Positions 28,796 to 38,184 of a stretch of DNA of 64,000 nt are shown in pieces. The position numbers and the translations under genes were made by a program. Below the pieces are notes generated by a model. It searched no databases and had not been told where the DNA came from. It saw only the letters and a program-made list of their open reading frames with translations. How positions within the stretch are numbered: position 1 is the stretch's first letter; the number at the start of each line of letters is the position of its first letter. Origin of the DNA: an uncultured Pseudomonadota bacterium (GTDB lineage: Bacteria > JAMCPX01); assembly GCA_964547905.1 (NCBI GenBank), contig CAZJPN010000040.1, forward strand, positions 4,067 to 68,066, given 5' to 3'.

Positions 28796-29695
28796 TTAAA
28801 ATTTGCCAGTGTCAAAATCCTTAAATATTTGTTTTATCTTGATTATTTCGTCTTTATCCATAAATTTTTTTCTGTCATAATCGAGTTCATGCCCTAATCC
28901 TAAAGACTTGTCCGTCCATAATGGATTGTATGAGAGCAATTTTACTTTCTTAATACCATTCTTGTCAAGAAAGTTTGCTATAGACACAAGATTTTCCTCT
29001 GTGGTTGTTATATCAGGGATCAAAGGGACTCGAGGGGTTATCGCTATACCACCTTTATCGTACAATCTCAGAAAGTTTTGTAGAATAACAGTGTTCGTAG
29101 TGCCTGTGTACTTCTCGTGCAGGATTGGATCTATAAATTTTATATCAAAGAACACCATATCAATTGATGGTAACACAAGCTTATCGAACAATGCATAATT
29201 ATACAATCCGCATGTTTCTATATTTAAATGTATGCCCGCTGATTTTAATTTTATGGAAAGAGCCGATAAAAAATACATATATACTGTAGGCTCCCCGCCG
29301 GAAAACGTTACCCCACCGAATGAATGTCTGTAGAAAGGTTCATCTTTCATGATCTCTGAAAATAATGCATCAATAGTATAAGGCCTTCCTGCACGTTTCA
29401 GTGCCCCGGATGGGCAAACATCCACACATTCCATGCACCTGTTGCATGCCTGGCGGTTAATCCTTTCGGTGTCAGCAAGGTCTATTGCATGCTGTTTACA
29501 TGCCTGTACACAATCTCCACAGGAGATACACACCTTTGAATCGAACATAAGTTCCTGATATGCATGTTTTGTCTCCGGGTTATGACACCACACGCACCTG
29601 AGAGGGCAACCCTTAAAAAAGATAAGTGTACGAATGCCGGGTCCGTCATCAAGGGAATTTCTTTTGAGATCAACGATCATCGCCTGTGTTTCCAT
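28796..29695 (-). CDS. glycyl-radical enzyme activating protein (long form with extra 4Fe-4S clusters)
   Basis: 299 aa. N-terminal radical-SAM motif CPLRCVWCHNPE, plus two ferredoxin-like Cys clusters (CISCGDCVQAC, CNRCMECVDVCP). Typical of activases for the PFL2/eliminase GRE class. Confidence 0.85.
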   Translation of the reverse strand: METQAMIVDLKRNSLDDGPGIRTLIFFKGCPLRCVWCHNPETKHAYQELMFDSKVCISCGDCVQACKQHAIDLADTERINRQACNRCMECVDVCPSGALKRAGRPYTIDALFSEIMKDEPFYRHSFGGVTFSGGEPTVYMYFLSALSIKLKSAGIHLNIETCGLYNYALFDKLVLPSIDMVFFDIKFIDPILHEKYTGTTNTVILQNFLRLYDKGGIAITPRVPLIPDITTTEENLVSIANFLDKNGIKKVKLLSYNPLWTDKSLGLGHELDYDRKKFMDKDEIIKIKQIFKDFDTGKF

Positions 29696-29899
29696 CTATG
29701 TCCAGCCTTTTTTACTCTATGGCCCGTTATAATTCAAGTGTCATTACGAGGAGCGGGTACCAAACTAAGTTTGGGCGGATGAAGTAATCTACAAGCAGAG
29801 GGATTGCTCGACTCAGCTTCGTCCCGCGTTGCGCGGGATGCCACTCGGCTTGCAACGACATGAAGCTATATTTATGCAGGGTTATATAGTTACTTTCTT
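29696..29899 (-). promoter_or_regulatory. structured ~200-nt intercistronic spacer between the GRE and its activase
   Basis: Several GC-rich hairpins are visible: CCCGCG-TTG-CGCGGG, CCAAACT-A-AGTTTGG, and an outer GCTTC...GAAGC pair. No ORF. An AAAGG RBS sits just before the activase ATG. Confidence 0.3.
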
Positions 29900-32884
29900 T
29901 CATACCCTCATCTGCTGCCTGTTTATGATTTCAAGCTGGAGGTCCTTGTCAAGTTCCACGAAGTAGGCGTTGTACCCGGACACCCGCACCAGAAGGTTTC
30001 TGTAATTTTCCGGATGTTCCATTGCATCTTTTAATGTCTCTGTTGTTACAATATTGAACTGCATCTGCATACCTCCGAGTTCAAAGTAGGATTTTGCGTA
30101 CGCTGTGATCTGGTCAACGGTTTCTTTATGCGTATCCCTTGAATCGGGTGCTACCTTTACGTTGAATGCTATGTTGTTTGGCATCTTCTCCGGCTTAAGC
30201 CCTGCTATTGTCCTTATGCTCGAAAGCAGGTCAACGCCTTTCACATTCTCCGGGGTCAGTCCCGGTGTAAATGGCTTATACCTTAATCTTCCGCTTGGTA
30301 ATGCACCTGAAAGTGTACCGAATGCAACATGGTTTGACATACTCCAGAATCCTACCAAATAATGCCCGCCCCTGTAGTTTGTCCTGTTGTAGAATATATC
30401 AAACACTGTATCTATGACTCTCTGGGCAAGCCGGTTTACCTCTGGATTATCCGAACCGAACTTGGCAACCTTGTTTTGAATCATGGCATGGAGTTTTTCA
30501 TAGCCCTCAAAGTTGTTGTCAATGGCTTTATGGAGTGTTTTAAAATCCGCTTTTTTTTCGTCATAAACAAGTTTCTTTATTGTCATAAGGCTGTCCACAA
30601 TGTCGGTTAATCCGATACAGGCAACGCCTGATGTATTGTACATGGCGCCCCCTTCTGTTAGATCCTTGGCACTGTCCATGGGCCCTGTAAACATGGATGA
30701 AAGGGTTGGTGTTGGCCGTATAACCTGATGTGCAAACCCGAGGCTGTTGTTGTAATCTATTGTCTGATATGCAAGGAATCGTAATTGTTTCTCAAATGCA
30801 CTGAAGAAATCTTCAAATGTAGGGAATGCATCTTCTTCGATACTGCCTGTTTTACTGCCAATCTGCTCTTCTGCCAGAGGATGGATGCCGTTGTTGAGTG
30901 CCATCTCGAGTGCAGCTACCATGTTAAACATCATGCTGTTTGTATGTCCGAAGTGTTTGCCAGGTATGGTAGGCTCAACGCACCCCGTAGCACACCACTG
31001 CCGTGCATCTTCTTCTTTGAATCCGATACTTTTGAGGGACTGTATCATTGCCTTATCATTGTGGATAGAAGGGGTTGCAGTTGTTACCATATTTACCTCG
31101 ACAAGCCTTCTCAAATAGGTATCCGAGTTGATATCGGGATAGTACCTGGCATTCATGTTGGGATCACGTATGGTGAGCATCTCAGTGACCTTGAGGAAGA
31201 TATAGGTCATGTCGTTAACCGCACTGTTGCCGTTTTCATCTATACCACCGAGCGTGATCGCCTGATCTGAGGATGAGCCACCAAAGAGTTTGTTCCCTAT
31301 GTCAGCTACGAGCGGTAGATGATCCTGACACCTGAAAAAGAAATTCCCTATAAGCTCTATTGCCTGTTTTATATAGGTTTCCTTTTCTTCCGCTGTTTTC
31401 AGCTTTTGCATATCCGATTCAAAGTACGGCTGCAGCCACAGATCAAGATGACCGAGCGATAGCCCTGCATTTGTACTTTCGTTGTGCAGGGCAATCCACA
31501 GTATCCAGAGAGACTGTACAGCCTCGTACAGTGTTCGTGCACCATAAGCCGGTACCCTTCCCAGCATATCTGCAACCCTTTTGTAATGTTCTGCAGTACC
31601 GTTGGCAGCACCGTGTTTTTGTGTCTCTGTGGTAAGCCCGATAGCCTCTTCTTTAAGATTATTCGCATAATTAAGTACGCCCTGCAGTGCGATCTCTATT
31701 GCACTGTAGAATGTTTTATGTCTTTCATCATCCGTCTTAGCTTTTCTCTTTGCTGCATCTTCTATTGCAGGAGCAAGTCCGTACTTCAGCATCCTTGGAA
31801 AATCAGGAACAGTATGTGATAGGGCAACGGTCTTCCACATGAAGTACAATACAAACTTTTCATCAAGTTCCTGATACCTCGGAAAATTATTTGTGGAGCG
31901 TGCATATTCTCTTACATTGAGATCAGACCAGAACGGGAATACCTTTTTGTCTAATGATTCTACTGAGTGCTCGTCTATATCATAAGGCTGGATCTTTCTT
32001 GTTGATATTGTTTTCAATTCCGGCCAGAGTGTAATGCCGTGACCTTCTGGATAAATGACAACACCAACATCCCTTGATGTTGTTGTCCCGGCAAGCATAC
32101 TGTTTGCTCGTATAAAGGGTTTTTTATTTGTGAGGATGTAATTGAGTGCCTGTGCCTGTCTGAGTATTGGGGGTCTTCTTGTGCCTTCTCTGTCATGTTC
32201 AAACCCTGTTTTCATAAAATATTCTGTTATAAGTTCGGGTCTTTCCGGACAGATTGAAGGTTTTGATGAAAAGTGTAAAGCCCTCTGAGCATCAAGGCCC
32301 GGAAAATCTTCTATTGTATATTTCTGAAGGTATTGTTCATCAAGGTATTTTACATTATCATTCGGTTTTGCAGTTAATTGTCCATTCCGGGATATAAGTG
32401 GAACATTGTTTTCTTTTGTTTGTTTATCATGCACAGATTTTGTTGCAGTATTTGTTACTGCTTTTTTATCTGCTTTTGGCGGTATAAAATTATTAAGCAG
32501 ATATGCAAATCTGGAAAGGTAGCTCAGATTGCCCTTGAAGGTAAGTTTGTTGGTCAATAGATAATTTAGCATATCTTCCGGTGAAAGTGTTGCAAATTCT
32601 TTGATTATTCCCGGAGATTTGTATATTATCGTCAGGTCTGCTTTTTCGGGTATGCCGTGCCTTACTTTCATCTTCCCATCGTGGAATATCATGTAAAGTT
32701 TTACAGATTTATCACGCGTCTGTATTGCGATTGTCTTGTTAAAGGTATTGTATTCATTCTTGATCATCTCTCTGAATTTCTTGTTGAATGTAAATTTCAA
32801 GGACATGCTCTTAAGGAGCACATACATAATGTTTTCCAAAACCAGAGGATTTGTTAAGATAGTTTCTTTTGCACTTGTTTCCAT
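29900..32884 (-). CDS. glycyl radical enzyme (PFL2/eliminase-type core) with N-terminal SCP2-like lipid-binding domain
   Basis: 994 aa. C-terminal glycyl-radical motif RVSGYNAYF. Cys loop ATGCVEP (GCxE, as in the dehydratase/lyase GREs). The N-terminal ~175 aa match the SCP2 pattern (...DGKMKVRHGIPEKADLTIIYKSPGIIKEFATLSPEDMLNYLLTNKLTFKGNLSYLSRFAYLL). GGGAGG RBS upstream. Confidence 0.85.
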   Translation of the reverse strand: METSAKETILTNPLVLENIMYVLLKSMSLKFTFNKKFREMIKNEYNTFNKTIAIQTRDKSVKLYMIFHDGKMKVRHGIPEKADLTIIYKSPGIIKEFATLSPEDMLNYLLTNKLTFKGNLSYLSRFAYLLNNFIPPKADKKAVTNTATKSVHDKQTKENNVPLISRNGQLTAKPNDNVKYLDEQYLQKYTIEDFPGLDAQRALHFSSKPSICPERPELITEYFMKTGFEHDREGTRRPPILRQAQALNYILTNKKPFIRANSMLAGTTTSRDVGVVIYPEGHGITLWPELKTISTRKIQPYDIDEHSVESLDKKVFPFWSDLNVREYARSTNNFPRYQELDEKFVLYFMWKTVALSHTVPDFPRMLKYGLAPAIEDAAKRKAKTDDERHKTFYSAIEIALQGVLNYANNLKEEAIGLTTETQKHGAANGTAEHYKRVADMLGRVPAYGARTLYEAVQSLWILWIALHNESTNAGLSLGHLDLWLQPYFESDMQKLKTAEEKETYIKQAIELIGNFFFRCQDHLPLVADIGNKLFGGSSSDQAITLGGIDENGNSAVNDMTYIFLKVTEMLTIRDPNMNARYYPDINSDTYLRRLVEVNMVTTATPSIHNDKAMIQSLKSIGFKEEDARQWCATGCVEPTIPGKHFGHTNSMMFNMVAALEMALNNGIHPLAEEQIGSKTGSIEEDAFPTFEDFFSAFEKQLRFLAYQTIDYNNSLGFAHQVIRPTPTLSSMFTGPMDSAKDLTEGGAMYNTSGVACIGLTDIVDSLMTIKKLVYDEKKADFKTLHKAIDNNFEGYEKLHAMIQNKVAKFGSDNPEVNRLAQRVIDTVFDIFYNRTNYRGGHYLVGFWSMSNHVAFGTLSGALPSGRLRYKPFTPGLTPENVKGVDLLSSIRTIAGLKPEKMPNNIAFNVKVAPDSRDTHKETVDQITAYAKSYFELGGMQMQFNIVTTETLKDAMEHPENYRNLLVRVSGYNAYFVELDKDLQLEIINRQQMRV

Positions 32885-32996
32885 ACCACACCTCCCTAAG
32901 CTACTGATTTTTTAGCTCTATGCACAAATTGAGCCATGAGGCTGCTTCTCTGTTTTTTGATCATATTTTTTCATTATTTTATTCCCCTCTTTATTA

Positions 32997-33779
32997 TTAC
33001 CCTTTTCTCTGGCTGCCTGTGATCTGAACAAATTTATTCAAAAAATGTATGACCTTTGCAGTAGGTCCAGGATACACAGATAGCTTCCTTTTCCGTATCC
33101 CCTTTATCGACTCTTTGATTACATGATCGGCCTTGTCCACAACAATCTTGATCACCTTTCCTGTTGGACTGATGCCGTAATCATCGGATTGCAGGATGGG
33201 CGTATCAGCCCAGAAAGGGTATAGAATGGTTACATCAATACCTTTTGAATGGACCTCCCCGTACAGAGACAGCCCGAACCCGCGCATTCCGAACTTCGAG
33301 GCTGAATATGCAGTACTGTACCTGGCACCGACGAACCCTGCGACAGATGACATGAGCACAATATGTCCCTTTTTCCTTTTCAGCATAGCCGGCAGGAACA
33401 TATAGGTAAGACGCATCGTTGCAAGCAGGTTTGTTTCCATAAGCTGTTCCCATTTGTCCCGCGGAACTTCTTGAAAATCTCCGTATGCAATAATGCCGGC
33501 ATTGTTTATCAAAATGTCTATATCCGGGGTTATCTCAAGACACCTGTCGTATAATTCCTCACATCCTTTTTTGTCGGAAAGGTTTGCGTTGATCAGTCCG
33601 ATAATCTTGCCTCCCGCATTGGATGAACCTAAACGATCAGCCATGCTGTCAAGCTTTGATTTGTTCCGACCACTGAGTATAAGATACGCCCCTAACTCAT
33701 AAAACTGCTTTGCAAATTCCTGCCCAAATCCGCCTGTTGCTCCAGTAACCAATATCTTTTTACCGAACAATGATTTCAT
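32997..33779 (-). CDS. SDR-family oxidoreductase
   Basis: 260 aa with the Rossmann motif TGATGGFG, NNAG, and the catalytic YSASK. It is the first gene of the SDR-GRE-activase string. Confidence 0.8.
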   Translation of the reverse strand: MKSLFGKKILVTGATGGFGQEFAKQFYELGAYLILSGRNKSKLDSMADRLGSSNAGGKIIGLINANLSDKKGCEELYDRCLEITPDIDILINNAGIIAYGDFQEVPRDKWEQLMETNLLATMRLTYMFLPAMLKRKKGHIVLMSSVAGFVGARYSTAYSASKFGMRGFGLSLYGEVHSKGIDVTILYPFWADTPILQSDDYGISPTGKVIKIVVDKADHVIKESIKGIRKRKLSVYPGPTAKVIHFLNKFVQITGSQRKG

Positions 33780-34016
33780 CGTTTTACCTGATTACCTTCC
33801 CTTAAAAAGAATAGCGTCATTATAGCGGTGTTATTTTTAAAGTCAAAGGGAAGAATTGACTCAAACACGCAAAGGGAAAGGTCGCTTGTTTGTTTGGGGT
33901 ATCATGACCTGACTTCCACCGGGGTAGCATTTGCAGATGAATGGACTCCTACATTCGCTTGACAAGAATGGTTTTATTAGGTAGCCAGATCTAATCAAAC
34001 TAAAAGTGAGGCACAG

Positions 34017-34340
34017 ATGTACGCAGTGATAAAACATTCCGGGAAACAATTCACGGTAAAACAGGGTGATGTTGTAGCTCTTGACAGGATAGAAGATGCT
34101 CAGAAAGATACGGAGCTGCAAATTACCGATGTTCTTCTTGTGAATGATGGCGCAAGCACCATTATCGGTACCCCTATCGTGGCCAATGCGTTTGTTAAGT
34201 TAAAGGTATTGGGCGAAAAAAAAGGTGATAAGATAGTTATCTTCAAACACAGAAGGAGAAAGAATTACAGGAAGAAGCAGGGGTTTAGGCAGATTTTTAC
34301 AACGGCGAAGGTCGAAGACATTATATATAAAAACAATTGA
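34017..34340 (+). CDS. rplU: 50S ribosomal protein L21
   Basis: MYAVIKHSGKQFTVKQGD..., 107 aa. Confidence 0.9.
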   Translation: MYAVIKHSGKQFTVKQGDVVALDRIEDAQKDTELQITDVLLVNDGASTIIGTPIVANAFVKLKVLGEKKGDKIVIFKHRRRKNYRKKQGFRQIFTTAKVEDIIYKNN

Positions 34341-34349
34341 GGTGTTCTC

Positions 34350-34601
34350 ATGGCACATAAAAAAGGACAGAGCAGTTCGGTAAACGGAAGGGACAGTCAA
34401 GGACAAAGGCGTGGAGTGAAACTTTTTGCAGGGCAGCCAGCAAAAGCAGGTAATATAATCATAAGACAGGTTGGTGAAAAATACAAAGCAGGGAAGAATA
34501 CAGGTCTTGGTAAAGATTTTACAATATTTGCTCTCAAAGATGGTATTGTGAAATTCACACGCTCAAGTAACAAGGTAACAGTCAATGTGATTTCCGCCTG
34601 A
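34350..34601 (+). CDS. rpmA: 50S ribosomal protein L27
   Basis: [29 protein letters not shown]..., 83 aa. Confidence 0.9.
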   Translation: MAHKKGQSSSVNGRDSQGQRRGVKLFAGQPAKAGNIIIRQVGEKYKAGKNTGLGKDFTIFALKDGIVKFTRSSNKVTVNVISA

Positions 34602-34732
34602 TATAAGCGGCTATAGAGATAGTAAAATTTAATCCCCACGACCCAAGCCCCGCTTGGTTACCACCTCCCCATCAAGCAAATCTTTACTCACATCTTTTAC
34701 TGGATGGATCAGAAGTGTAGTTATGATTGAAA

Positions 34733-34755
34733 GATTCCCACTCTTAAGATAAGAG
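34733..34755 (+). promoter_or_regulatory. perfect 9-bp-stem hairpin (CCACTCTTA-AGA-TAAGAGTGG) directly upstream of the obg RBS
   Basis: Seen directly. It is followed by GGTGGAGGGGAG (the SD) and the obg ATG. Function unknown; it could be an attenuator or RNase site. Confidence 0.25.
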
Positions 34756-34770
34756 TGGTGGAGGGGAGTT

Positions 34771-35757
34771 ATGAAATTTATTGATACTGCAGAGATCCAT
34801 GTCAAAGCCGGCAACGGAGGGAACGGCTGTGTCAGCTTCAGACGGGAAAAGTATGTACCGAGGGGCGGTCCTGACGGAGGCGACGGAGGGAATGGCGGGA
34901 ATATCATTATCCGAAGTTCAACAAGACTGTTCACCCTGATCGATTTCCGCTATGTGCGGCATTACCGCGCAAAAAACGGCGTTCACGGCAAGGGTAAGAA
35001 CATGTACGGCAGGAACGGTGAGGATCGCATTGTTGAGGTGCCTGTAGGAACACAGATATACGATGTTGATACAGACAAGCTTATAGCTGATCTGTCAAAA
35101 CCTGATCAAGAGATCATTATTGCAAAGGGCGGTAAGGGCGGAAAGGGAAACTCCAGATTTGTCAGTTCTACCCATCAGGTACCGCTTGAGTCTGAACCCG
35201 GTGAGCCGGGAGAACAAAGGCACATAAGACTCGAATTAAAACTGCTTGCGGATGTCGGACTCGTCGGTTTTCCAAACGTAGGGAAGTCCAGCTTGATCAA
35301 AAGGATATCCAATGCACATCCAAAGGTTGCTGATTATCCGTTTACCACTATTGCGCCGATTCTTGGCATTGTACGCTATAAGAACGAAAAAAGTTTTGTG
35401 GTTGCAGACATACCCGGATTAATAGAAGGGGCACATAAGGGTAAAGGACTTGGGGATCAATTTCTGAAACATATTGAAAGGACGAAACTTATTGTCCATA
35501 TACTGGATGCAACGAGAGACAGCGATCCGTATAATGATTATCAGGTTATAAATAATGAATTGCAGAGTTATAGCGAATCACTGGTTAAAAAGGAGCAGCT
35601 TGTTGTCATGAATAAAATTGATATTCCTGTTGTAAGAAACAAATTGATGGATTATATAAATATATTTAAGACGCATAAAATCGAGGTTTACACTGTATCA
35701 TGCGTTACCAGTGAAGGTGTTGATAAACTGGTTGATGAGATTGCGAAAAGGTTATAA
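34771..35757 (+). CDS. obg: GTPase Obg/CgtA
   Basis: 328 aa with the N-terminal Gly-rich Obg fold (GNGGNGCVSFRREKYVPRGGPDGGDGGNGG) and a GTPase domain (GFPNVGKSS). Confidence 0.9.
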   Translation: MKFIDTAEIHVKAGNGGNGCVSFRREKYVPRGGPDGGDGGNGGNIIIRSSTRLFTLIDFRYVRHYRAKNGVHGKGKNMYGRNGEDRIVEVPVGTQIYDVDTDKLIADLSKPDQEIIIAKGGKGGKGNSRFVSSTHQVPLESEPGEPGEQRHIRLELKLLADVGLVGFPNVGKSSLIKRISNAHPKVADYPFTTIAPILGIVRYKNEKSFVVADIPGLIEGAHKGKGLGDQFLKHIERTKLIVHILDATRDSDPYNDYQVINNELQSYSESLVKKEQLVVMNKIDIPVVRNKLMDYINIFKTHKIEVYTVSCVTSEGVDKLVDEIAKRL

Positions 35758-35771
35758 CAAATAAAACAATT

Positions 35772-36908
35772 ATGAAAAAATTGGTTGTTAAAATAGGAAG
35801 TTCCGTTTTAACCCTTGAGAACGGTAATCCCGATCCTATTAGGTTCAGGATATTTGCAAAAGATGTATCCCGTGTGATCGAAAAAGGATATGCTGTCGTG
35901 ATTGTATCATCAGGTGCAATAGCGTTCGGTATCTCTATTGCCGGGAAATCACTTGCTCCCGTGAGTATACCCAATAAACAGGTATTATCGAGCATAGGAC
36001 AGCCTTTACTTATCAACGCATATATGACCAACCTCAAGCCCTACAATAAGGTTGTTACTCAGGTACTTCTCACACATGAGGATTTTATTGACAGGCAAAG
36101 ATATCTCAATGCAAGGAGATCCATGGATCTGATGCTTGAAAAAGGATTCATCCCTGTTGTGAATGAAAATGATGCAATATCCGTGGATGAGATTAAAGTT
36201 GGAGATAATGATACTCTTTCTGCGATGGTTGCCGCTATGATCAATGCGGACAGGCTTATAATTCTCAGCAATATAGATGCAATCTTTGACAAAGACCCCA
36301 ATAAGTACAGTGATGCGAAGCCTATCAGTGAAATAAAACATATTGAACAGTACAAGATCTTTGATGACAGCAAGAGCAGGTATGGTGTCGGCGGTATAAA
36401 AACCAAGATATCCGCCGCCAAGCAGCTTGCGCGAATAGGTATAAGCACGACAATAGCAAACGGTAAGATAGAAAATATTATAACAAAACTTATAGATCAG
36501 TTCGCGCAGGGAAGCGGCGAAAGGCTTGGTACAACTGTTTTAGCGGGCCAGAGGAAGATAAACGGTACAAAAAAATGGGTCAGTCTCCTCCTGAAATCCT
36601 CCGGTTCTATAACTGTGGATGAGGGGGCTTTGTCGGCCTTGTCAAAAAATAAAAGTCTGCTCGCTGCGGGTATCATGAATGTATCAGGGACGTTTAAACA
36701 GGGGGATGTTATAAGTATAACAGATGTTCATGGTCGAGAAATAGGCAGGGGTATAACAAATTATTCTGCTCCTGAGATAGGAATGATAAAGGGCAAGAAA
36801 TCCTCACAAATCAACAGCTCGCTGGGGTATTTTAAAGGGGATGAGGTCATCCACAGGGATAATCTTATGCTGACCTCCTCCATTTCCCCCTTTAGCAAAG
36901 GGGGATGA
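35772..36908 (+). CDS. proB: glutamate 5-kinase
   Basis: 378 aa with a kinase domain plus a C-terminal PUA domain. Confidence 0.9.
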   Translation: MKKLVVKIGSSVLTLENGNPDPIRFRIFAKDVSRVIEKGYAVVIVSSGAIAFGISIAGKSLAPVSIPNKQVLSSIGQPLLINAYMTNLKPYNKVVTQVLLTHEDFIDRQRYLNARRSMDLMLEKGFIPVVNENDAISVDEIKVGDNDTLSAMVAAMINADRLIILSNIDAIFDKDPNKYSDAKPISEIKHIEQYKIFDDSKSRYGVGGIKTKISAAKQLARIGISTTIANGKIENIITKLIDQFAQGSGERLGTTVLAGQRKINGTKKWVSLLLKSSGSITVDEGALSALSKNKSLLAAGIMNVSGTFKQGDVISITDVHGREIGRGITNYSAPEIGMIKGKKSSQINSSLGYFKGDEVIHRDNLMLTSSISPFSKGG

Positions 36909-36930
36909 AGGGGGATTAAGGATTGGATAT

Positions 36931-38184
36931 ATGAATAAAAACGATGTAACAAGCACAGCACAAAAGGCAAAACAAGCGGGTCTGAAACTCGGAGCTGCAG
37001 GCACAGCAAAAAAAGACGCAGCACTTCAATTTATGTCTGCAGGGCTTATGGAGTATGGTGCATTGATTATGAAAGCTAATACTGTTGATGTTGATAATGC
37101 AAGAAAACAGGGCTTTCAATCGGCTTTTATTGACAGACTTATAATTACAGAGAAAACACTCAAATCCATGGTTGACAGCATACATGAGGTTAAGGCATTG
37201 AAAGATCCTGTAGGTGAGATCACAAGGGCGTGGACACGTCCGAACGGATTACTTGTCGGCAGGATGCGCATACCCCTCGGCGTTATACTTATGATATACG
37301 AATCAAGACCGAATGTTACAGCAGATGCATCAGCACTGTGCATAAAATCAGGCAATGCCGTGATTTTAAAAGGCGGCTCTGAAGCAATCAATTCAAACAG
37401 GGCGATAGTTCAGGTATTATCGGATGCCTTAAAAAAGGCAGACCTGCCATCCGGAGCTATACAGTTTATCGATACGCATGATAAAGACGTGCTGTATGAA
37501 TTTTTGAAACAGGATGAGCTTATAGATCTTGTCATACCGAGAGGCGGAGAAGAACTTATAAGGGCGGTTGCGCAGCATTCTCGAATCCCCGTGTTAAAAC
37601 ACTATAAAGGTATTTGTCATATATTCGTTGATGCGGATGCGGATATGAACATGGCAAAGAGCGTTTGCTTCAATGCGAAGGTACAAAGGCCTGGTGTTTG
37701 CAATGCAATGGAAACGATGCTTGTACACAAGGATATTGCAGCGCAATTTTTACCGGAGATGATAGATATGTACAGAAAAGCAGGGGTTGAGATCCGGGGG
37801 TGTGAGAAAACCGGAGAAATAATAAATAATATAAAGCCGGCAACAGAGCAGGATTGGTTTACGGAATATCTTGACCTTATCCTTTCGGTAAGGGTTGTGG
37901 ATTCGATCGATCAGGCTATAGAACATATAAATCATTACGGATCACATCACACGGATTCTATAATAACTAAAAATGTCGAACATTCCATGAGATTCTTTCG
38001 GGAGGTGGATTCGTCCACAGTACTGGTAAATGCTTCCACAAGGTTCAGCGACGGTTTCCAGCTTGGACTTGGTGCTGAGATAGGCATATCAACTTCAAAG
38101 CTGCACGCTTTTGGTCCCATGGGACTTGAGGAATTAACCGCCCAGAAATTCGTTATCATGGGTAATGGACAGATCAGGGAATAA
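36931..38184 (+). CDS. proA: glutamate-5-semialdehyde dehydrogenase
   Basis: 417 aa of the ProA family. Confidence 0.9.
   Translation: MNKNDVTSTAQKAKQAGLKLGAAGTAKKDAALQFMSAGLMEYGALIMKANTVDVDNARKQGFQSAFIDRLIITEKTLKSMVDSIHEVKALKDPVGEITRAWTRPNGLLVGRMRIPLGVILMIYESRPNVTADASALCIKSGNAVILKGGSEAINSNRAIVQVLSDALKKADLPSGAIQFIDTHDKDVLYEFLKQDELIDLVIPRGGEELIRAVAQHSRIPVLKHYKGICHIFVDADADMNMAKSVCFNAKVQRPGVCNAMETMLVHKDIAAQFLPEMIDMYRKAGVEIRGCEKTGEIINNIKPATEQDWFTEYLDLILSVRVVDSIDQAIEHINHYGSHHTDSIITKNVEHSMRFFREVDSSTVLVNASTRFSDGFQLGLGAEIGISTSKLHAFGPMGLEELTAQKFVIMGNGQIRE

Noticed and set aside
30105-31270. Plus-strand ORFs inside the GRE gene (30105..30362, 30785..31270, 31484..31819)
   Set aside because: They are antisense to a GRE core with clear family motifs, so they are treated as shadow ORFs.
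33780-34016. Ribosomal-protein L21 leader / sigma-70 promoter (TTGACA at about 33958)
   Set aside because: A -35-like hexamer is present but no convincing -10 box or conserved leader structure could be identified by eye.
36881-36925. Hairpin CCCCCTTT-AGC-AAAGGGGG at the proB/proA junction as a terminator
   Set aside because: It overlaps the proB stop and the proA RBS (GGGGGA) within a co-transcribed pair. It more likely reflects SD/codon composition than a terminator.
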